64,000 nt of DNA, taken from the NCBI RefSeq assembly GCF_009914755.1, contig NC_060946.1; one strand, given 5' to 3'. Of the stretch, positions 55,760-64,000 are shown one piece after another (positions within the stretch are counted from its first letter, which is position 1; each line of letters starts with the position of its first letter). The notes under the pieces are model-generated. The model was given only the letters and a program-made list of their open reading frames with translations, did not search any database and had not been told where the DNA came from. This DNA is from the human T2T-CHM13v2.0 reference genome, Homo sapiens. The position numbers were made by a program, and so were the translations under genes.

Positions 55760-57000
55760 AGGTGCAACTCTGTTAGCTGCGTGCATATATCCCAAAACAG
55801 ATTCTGAGATTGCTTCTGTCTAGTTTTTAAGGGAAGATTTTTCCCTTTTCACCGTAGGCGTCAAGGCGCTCCAAATGTCCACTTCCAGATACTACAAAAA
55901 GAGTGTTTCAAACCTACTCTGTGAAAGGGAATATTCAACTCTGTGACTTGAATGCACATATCATAAAGAAGTTTCTGGGAATGCTTCTGTCGAGATTTTA
56001 TAGTAAGATATTCCCGTTTCCAACGAAATCATGAATTCTATCCAAATAACCCCTCGCAGATTCTACAAAAAGAGTGTTTCAAAACTGCTCTGTAAAAAGA
56101 AAGGTTCAACTCTGTTAGTTGAGTACACACATCACAAACAAGTTTCACAGAATGCTTCTCTCTAGCTTGTAGGGGAAGATATTTCCTATATCACCATGGG
56201 CCTCAAACTGTCCGAATCGTCCCCTTCCATATACTAAAAAAAGAGTGTTTGAAACCTCCTCTATGAAAGGCAATGTTCTACTCTGTGACTTGAATGCAGA
56301 CATCACAGGGCAGTTTCTGAGAATGCTTCTGTCCAGAGTTTATAGGAAGATATTCCCGTTTCCAACGAAATCTTCACAGCTATCCAAATATCCACTTGCA
56401 GATACTAAAAAAGAGTGTATCAAAAATGCGCTGTCAAAAGGAAAGTTCTTCTCTGCTAGTTGAGTACATTCGTCATAAAGATATTTCTGAGAATGTTTCT
56501 GTCTAGTGGTTATGGGAAGATATTTGCTTTTTCACCGTAGGCCTCAGAGCGCTCCAAATATGCACTTGCACATACTACAAAAAGAGTGCTTCAAAGCTGC
56601 TCTCTGAAAGGGAATGTTCAACTCTATGAGTTGAATGCCAACATCAGAAAGACGTTTCTGAGAATGCTTCTGTCTAGATTTGATATGAAGATATTCCCGT
56701 TTCCAACGTAATCTTCAAATCTATCCAAATGTCCCCTTGCAGATTCAACAAAGTGTTTTTCAAAACTACTGTACCAAAGAAAGATCCACCTCTGTTAGCT
56801 GAGTTCACACTTCACAAACAAGTTTATCAGAATGCTTCTGTCTAGTTTTTATTTGAAGATATATCCTTTCTCACTATAGACATGAAAGCTCTCATAAAGT
56901 TCACTTCCAGATACTACAGAAAGAGTGTTTCAAAACTGCTGTACGAAAGGGAATGTTCAACTCTGTGACTTGAATGCACACATCACAAGGCTGTTTCTGA
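55760..57000. repeat. Strongly diverged HOR copy embedded in the array
   Basis: Dense private substitutions and small deletions relative to all other copies; anchor spacings are 1,363 and 1,361 bp. Confidence 0.85.
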
Positions 57001-58166
57001 GGATGCTGCTGTCTACTTTTTATACGTAATCCCGTTTCCAACGAAATCCTCCAAGCTATCCAAATATCCACTTGCAGATTCCACAGAAAGACTGTTTCAA
57101 AACTGCTCTGTCAATAGAAAGGTTCAACTCTGTTAGCTGCGTGCATATATCCCAAAGAAGATTCTGAGATTGCTTCTGTCTAGTTTTTATGGGAAGATAT
57201 TTCCCTTTTCACCGTAGGCGTCAAGGCGCTCCAAATGTCCACTTCCAGATACTACAAAAAGAGTGTTTCAAACCTACTCTGCGAAAGAGAATATTCAACT
57301 CTGTGACTTGAAGGCAGATATCAGAAATAAGTTTCTGAGAATGCTTCTGTCGAGATTTTATATGAAGATATTCCCGTTTCCAACGAAATCCTGAAATCTA
57401 TCCAAATATCCCCTCGCAGATTCTACAAAAAGAGTGTTTCAAAACTGCTCTGTAAAAAGAAAGGTTCAACTCTGTTAGTTGAGTACACACATCACAAACA
57501 AGTTTCACAGAATGCTTCTTTCTAGCTTGTAGGGGAAGATATTCCCTTTATCACCATGGGCCTCAAACCGTCCGAAACGTTTACTTCCATATACTACAAA
57601 AAGAGCGTTTCAAACCTGCTCTATGAAAGGCAATGTTCAACTCTGTGACTTGAATGCAGACATCACAGAGCAGTTTCTGAGAATGCTTCTGTCTAGATTT
57701 TATAGGAAGATATTTCCGTTTCCAACGAAACCTTCACAGCTATCCAAATATCCACTTGCAGATTCTACAAAAAGAGTGTATCAAAACTGCTCTGTCAAAA
57801 GGAAGGTTCTTCTCTGTTAGTTGAGTACATACGTCATAAAGGAGTTTCTGAGAATGTTTCTGTCTAGTGGTTACGGGAAGATATTTGCTTTTTCACCTTA
57901 GGCCTCAGAGCGCTCCAAATATCCACTTGCACATACTACAAAAAGAGTGCTTCAAAGCTGCTCTCTGAAACGGAATGTTCAACTCTATGAGTTGAATGCA
58001 AACATCACAAAGACGTTTCTGAGAATGCTTCTGTCTAGATTTGATATGAAGATATTCCCGTTTCCAACGAAATCTTCAAATCTATCCAAATGTCCACTTG
58101 CAGATTCAACAAAAAGTGTTTTTCAGAACTGCTCTATCAAAAGAAAGATCCACCTCTGTTAGCTGG

Positions 58167-61100
58167 GTTCACACATCACAAACAAGTTTATGAGAATGCT
58201 TCTGTCTAGTTTTTATTTGAAGATATTTCCTTTCTCACCATAGACCTGAAAGCTGTCCTAATGTTCACTTCCAGATACTACAGAAAGAGCGTTTCAAAAC
58301 TGCTGTACGAAAGGGAATGTTCAACTCTGTGACTTGAATGCACACATCACAAAGAAGTTTCTGAGGATGCTGCTGTCTACTTTTTATACGTAATCCCGTT
58401 TCCAACGAAATCCTCCAATCTATCCAAATATCCACTTGCAGATTCCACAGAAACACTGTTTCAAAACTGCTCTGTCAATAGAAAGGTTCAACTCTGTTAG
58501 CTGCGTGCATATATCCCAAAGAAGATTCTGAGATTGCTTCTGTCTAGTTTTTATGGGAAGATATTTCCCTTTTCACCGTAGGTGTCAAGGCGCTCCAAAT
58601 GTCCACTTACAGATACTACAAAAAGAGTGTTTCAAACCTACTCTGCGAAAGGGAATATTCAACTCTGTGACTTGAATGCAGATATCACAATGAAGTTTCT
58701 GAGAATGCTTCTGTCGAGATTTTATATGAAGATATTCCCGTTTCCAACGAAATCCTGAAATCTATCCAAATATCCCCTCGCAGATTCTACAAAAAGAGTG
58801 TTTCAAAACTGCTCTGTAAAAAGAAAGGTTCAACCCTGTTAGTTGAGTACACACATCACAAACAAGTTTCACAGAATGCTTCTTTCTAGCTTGTAGGGGA
58901 AGATATTCCCTTTATCACCATGGGCCTCAAACCGTCCGAAACGTTTACTTCCATATACTACAAAAAGAGCGTTTCAAACCTGCTCTATGAAAGGCAATGT
59001 TCAACTCTGTGACTTGAATGCAGACATCACAGAGCAGTTTCTGAGAATGCTTCTGTCTAGATTTTATAGGAAGATATTTCCGTTTCCAACGAAACCTTCA
59101 CAGCTATCCAAATATCCACTTGCAGATTCTACAAAAAGAGTGTATCAAAACTGCTCTGTCAAAAGGAAGGTTCTTCTCTGTTAGTTGAGTACATACGTCA
59201 TAAAGGAGTTTCTGAGAATGTTTCTGTCTAGTGGTTACGGGAAGATATTTGCTTTTTCACCTTAGGCCTCAGAGCGCTCCAAATATCCACTTGCACATAC
59301 TACAAAAAGAGTGCTTCAAAGCTGCTCTCTGAAACGGAATGTTCAACTCTATGAGTTGAATGCAAACATCACAAAGACGTTTCTGAGAATGCTTCTGTCT
59401 AGATTTGATATGAAGATATTCCCGTTTCCAACGAAATCTTCAAATCTATCCAAATGTCCACTTGCAGATTCAACAAAAAGTGTTTTTCAGAACTGCTCTA
59501 TCAAAAGAAAGATCCACCTCTGTTAGCTGAGTTCACACATCACAAACAAGTTTATGAGAATGCTTCTGTCTAGTTTTTATTTGAAGATATTTCCTTTCTC
59601 ACCATAGACCTGAAAGCTGTCCTAGTGTTCACTTCCAGATACTACAGAAAGAGTGTTTCAAAACTGCTGTACGAAAGGGAATGTTCAACTCTGTGACTTG
59701 AATGCACACATCACAAAGAAGTTTCTGAGGATGCTGCTGTCTACTTTTTATACGTAATCCCCTTTCCAACGAAATCCTCCAAGCTATCCAAATATCCACT
59801 TGCAGATTCCACAGAAAGACTGTTTCAAAACTGCTCTGTCAATAGAAAGGTTCAACTCTGTTGTCTGCGTGCATATATCCCAAAGAAGATTCTGAGATTG
59901 CTTCTGTCTAGTTTTTATGGGAAGATATTTCCCTTTTCACCGTAGGTGTCAAGGAGCTCCAAATGTCCACTTCCAGATACTACAAAAAGAGTGTTTCAAA
60001 CCTACTCTGCGAAAGGGAATATTCAACTCTGTGACTTGAAGGGAGATATCACAAAGAAGATTCTGAGAATGCTTCTGTCGAGATTTTATATGGAGATATT
60101 CCCGTTTCCAACGAAATCCTGAAATCTATCCAAATATCCCCTCGCAGATTCTACAAAAAGAGTGTTTCAAAACTGCTCTGTAAAAAGAAAGGTTCAACTC
60201 TGTTAGTTGAGTACACACATCACAAACAAGTTTCACAGAATGCTTCTTTCTAGCTTGTAGGGGAAGATATTCCCTTTATCACCATGGGCCTCAAACCGTC
60301 CGAAACGTCCACTTCCATATACTACAAAAAGAGCGTTTCAAACCTGCTCTATGAAAGGCAATGTTCAACTCTGTGACTTGAATGCAGACATCACAGAGCA
60401 GTTTCTGAGAATGCTTCTGTCCAGATTTTATAGGAAGATATTCCCGTTTCCAACGAAATCTTCACAGCTATCCAAATATCCACTTGCAGATTCTACAAAA
60501 AGAGTGTATCAAAACTGCTCTGTCAAAAGGAAGGTTCTTCTCTTTTAGGTGAGTGCATACGTCATAAAGGAGTTTCTGAGAATGTTTCTGTCTAGTGGTT
60601 ATGGGAAGATATTTGCTTTTTCACCGTAGGCCTCAGAGCGCTCCAAATATCCACTTGCACATACTACAAAAAGAGTGTTTCAAAGCTGCTCTCTCAAAGG
60701 GAATGTTCAACTCTATGAGTTGAATGCAAACATCACAAAGACGTTTCTGAGAATGCTTCTGTCTAGATTTGATATGAAGATATTCCCGTTTCCAACGAAA
60801 TCTTCAAATCTATCCAAATGTCCACTTACAGATTCAACAGTGTTTTTCAGAACTGCTCTATCAAAAGAAAGATCCACCTCTGATAGCTGAGTTCACACTT
60901 CACAAACAAGTTTATCAGAATGCTTCTGTCTAGTTTTTATTTGAAGATATATCCTTTCTCACTATAGACCTGAAAGCTGTCCTAATGTTCACTTCCAGAT
61001 ACTACAGAAAGAGTGTTTCAAAACTGCTGTACGAAAGGGAATGTTCAACTCTGTGACTTGAATGCACACATCACAAAGAAGTTTCTTAGGATGCTGCTGT

Positions 61101-64000
61101 CTACTTTTTATACGAAATCCCGTTTCCAACGAAATCCTCCAAGCTATCCAAATATCCACTTGCAGATTCCACAGAAAGACTGTTTCAAATCTGCTCTCTC
61201 AATAGAAAGGTTCAAATCTGTTAGCTGCGTGCATATATCCCAAAGAAGATTCTGAGATTGCTTCTGTCTAGTTTTTATGGGAAGATATTTCCCTTTTCAC
61301 CGTAGGCGTCAAGGCGCTCCAAATGTCCACTTCCAGATACTACAAAAAGAGTGTTTCAAACCTACTCTGCGAAAGGGAATATTCAACTCTGTGACTTGAA
61401 GGCAGATATCAGAAATAAGTTTCTGAGAATGCTTCTGTCGAGATTTTATATGAAGATATTCCCGTTTCCAACGAAATCCTGAAATCTATCCAAATATCCC
61501 CTCGCAGATTCTACAAAAAGAGTGTTTCAAAACTGCTCTGTAAAAAGAAAGGTTCAACTCTGTTAGTTGAGTACACACATCACAAACAAGTTTCACAGAA
61601 TGCTTCTTTCTAGCTTGTAGGGGAAGATATTCCCTTTATCACCATGGGCCTCAAACCGTCCGAAACGTTTACTTCCATATACTACAAAAAGAGCGTTTCA
61701 AACCTGCTCTATGAAAGGCAATGTTCAACTCTGTGACTTGAATGCAGACATCACATAGCAGTTTCTGAGAATGCTTCTGTCTAGATTTTATAGGAAGATA
61801 TTTCCGTTTCCAACGAAACCTTCACAGCTATCCAAATATCCACTTGCAGATTCTACAAAAAGAGTGTATCAAAACTGCTCTGTCAAAAGGAAGGTTCTTC
61901 TCTGTTAGTTGAGTACATACGTCATAAAGGAGTTTCTGAGAATGTTTCTGTCTAGTGGTTACGGGAAGATATTTGCTTTTTCACCTTAGGCCTCAGAGCG
62001 CTCCAAATATCCACTTGCACATACTACAAAAAGAGTGCTTCAAAGCTGCTCTCTGAAACGGAATGTTCAACTCTATGAGTTGAATGCAAACATCACAAAG
62101 ACGTTTCTGAGAATGCTTCTGTCTAGATTTGATATGAAGATATTCCCGTTTCCAACGAAATCTTCAAATCTATCCAAATGTCCACTTGCAGATTCAACAA
62201 AAAGTGTTTTTCAGAACTGCTCTATCAAAAGAAAGATCCACCTCTGTTAGCTGGGTTCACACATCACAAACAAGTTTATGAGAATGCTTCTGTCTAGTTT
62301 TTATTTGAAGATATTTCCTTTCTCACCATAGACCTGAAAGCTGTCCTAATGTTCACTTCCAGATACTACAGAAAGAGCATTTCAAAACTGCTGTACGAAA
62401 GGGAATGTTCAACTCTGTGACTTGAATGCACACATCACAAAGAAGTTTCTGAGGATGCTGCTGTGTATTTTTTATACGTAATCCCGTTTCCAACGAAATC
62501 CTCCAATCTATCCAAATATCCACTTGCAGATTCCACAGAAAGACTGTTTCAAAACTGCTCTGTCAATAGAAAGGTTCAACTCTGTTAGCTGCGTGCATAT
62601 ATCCCAAAGAAGATTCTGAGATTGCTTCTGTCTAGTTTTTATGGGAAGATATTTCCCTTTTCACCGTAGGTGTCAAGGCGCTCCAAATGTCCACTTCCAG
62701 ATACTACAAAAAGAGTGTTTCAAACCTACTCTCTGAAAGGGAATATTCAACTCTGTGACTTGAATGCAGATATCACAATGAAGTTTCTGAGAATGCTTCT
62801 GTCGAGATTTTATATGAAGATATTCCCGTTTCCAACGAAATCCTGAAATCTATCCAAATATCCCCTCGCAGATTCTACAAAAAGAGTGTTTCAAAACTGC
62901 TCTGTAAAAAGAAAGGTTCAACTCTGTTAGTTGAGTACACACATCACAAACAAGTTTCACAGAATGCTTCTTTCTAGCTTGTAGGGGAAGATATTCCCTT
63001 TAACACCATGGGCCTCAAACCGTCCGAAACGTCCACTTCCATATACTACAAAAAGAGCGTTTCAAACCTGCTCTATGAAAGGCAATGTTCAACTCTGTGA
63101 CTTGAATGCAGACATCACAGAGCAGTTTCTGAGAATGCTTCTGTCTAGATTTTATAGGAAGATATTCCCGTTTCCAACGAAATCTTCACAGCTATCCAAA
63201 TATCCACTTGCAGATTCTACAAAAAGAGTGTATCAAAACTGCTCTGTCAAAAGGAAGGTTCTTCTCTGTTAGGTGAGTGCATACGTCATAAAGGAGTTTC
63301 TGAGAATGTTTCTGTCTAGTGGTTATGGGAAGATATTTGCTTTTTCACCGTAGGCCTCAGAGCGCTCCAAATATCCGCTTGCACATACTACAAAAAGAGT
63401 GCTTCAAAGCTGCTCTCTGAAACGGAATGTTCAACTCTATGAGTTGAATGCAAACATCACAAAGACGTTTCTGAGAATGCTTCCGTCTAGATTTGATATG
63501 AATATATTCCCGTTTCCAACGACATCTTCAATTCTATCCAAATGTCCACTTGCAGATTCAACAAAAAGTGTTTTTCAGAACTGCTCTATCAAAAGAAAGA
63601 TCCATCTCTGTTAGCTGAGTTCACACATCACAAACAAGTTTATGAGAATGCTTCTGTCTAGTTTTTATTTGAAGATATTTCCTTTCTCACCATAGACCTG
63701 AAAGCTGTCCTAATGTTCACTTCCAGATACTACAGAAAGAGTGTTTCAAAACTGCTGTACGAAAGGGAATGTTCAACTCTGTGACTTGAATGCACACATC
63801 ACAAACAAGTTTCTGAGGATGCTGCTGTCTACTTTTTATACGTAATCCCGTTTCCAACGAAATCCTCCAAGCTATCCAAATATCCACTTGCAGATTCCAC
63901 AGAAAGACTGTTTCAAAACTGCTCTGTCAATAGAAAGGTTCAACTCTGTTAGCTGCGTGCATATATCCCAAAGAAGATTCCGAGATTGCTTCTGTCTAGT
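58167..64000. repeat. Second copy of the segment at 12,267-bp offset (runs off the window end)
   Basis: Carries TGGAGAT, CTCTCAAAGG, CACTTACAGATTC, CACATAGCAG, GAGCATTTC, TGTGTATTTT and ATGAATATAT, as in 47.8-51.3 kb. Confidence 0.88.

Larger units (their letters stand above)
1..64000 (-). repeat. Centromeric alpha-satellite HOR array, ~47 copies of an 8-mer (1,364 bp; variants of 1,360-1,363 bp)
   Basis: ~171-bp monomers carry hallmark alphoid motifs (CAACTCTGTGACTTGAATGC, TTTCTGAGAATGCTTCTGTCTAG). A fixed anchor recurs at 694, 2058, 3422, 4786 ... 63399, mostly 1,364 bp apart. Orientation is constant throughout. Strand is given as - because the canonical CENP-B box reads on that strand. 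Confidence 0.99.

Noticed and set aside
55760-57000. Possible mobile element or foreign insertion at the diverged island
   Set aside because: It stays collinear with the HOR with only 1-2 bp indels, and shows no poly(A) tail, target-site duplication or Alu/L1 sequence.
694-63614. Dozens of repeated 63-119 aa ORFs (MPQSCSLKRN..., MKGNVQLCDL..., MFQNCC...)
   Set aside because: They are chance open frames in alpha-satellite monomers. They recur with the HOR, mostly start at GTG/TTG, are opened and closed freely by SNVs and frameshifts, and resemble no protein family I recognise.
119-63862. Regularly spaced 17-bp motif resembling a CRISPR repeat (GTTTCCAAC)
   Set aside because: It is the CENP-B box. 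The intervening ~325 bp are themselves repeats rather than unique 30-40 bp spacers, and there are no cas genes.
1-64000. A previously undescribed gene-based biological system
   Set aside because: All sequence is accounted for by a well-known satellite family. Any novelty is limited to array architecture and variants, which may already be present in published assemblies.
1-64000. Assignment to a single chromosome
   Set aside because: The chr14 and chr22 arrays share this HOR and other SF2 arrays also have 8-mers. A definite assignment needs alignment to reference assemblies.

Overview
The whole 64 kb window is primate (very likely human) centromeric alpha-satellite DNA. It is an uninterrupted, single-orientation array of about 47 copies of a 1,364-bp higher-order repeat (HOR) of eight ~171-bp monomers. 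CENP-B boxes (read on the - strand) occupy every second monomer and alternate with pJalpha-type boxes. This dimeric 8-mer best fits, from recall rather than a search, the suprachromosomal family 2 array shared by chr14 and chr22 (D14Z9/D22Z1). I see no genes, RNA genes, CRISPR array, transposon insertion, inversion or whole-monomer variant, and all listed ORFs are by-products of the repeat. I found no new protein-coding system. The interesting content is the internal architecture. A homogeneous block (1-~11.9 kb) has an alternating 2-HOR super-period, one chimeric unit and intact CENP-B boxes. It switches sharply to a heterogeneous domain with nested 1-, 2-, 3- and 9-HOR duplications, a stepwise-deletion HOR lineage and about 35 CENP-B boxes mutated at core positions. 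A strongly diverged island lies at ~55.8-57.0 kb. All variant calls and counts were made by eye and need confirmation by alignment.
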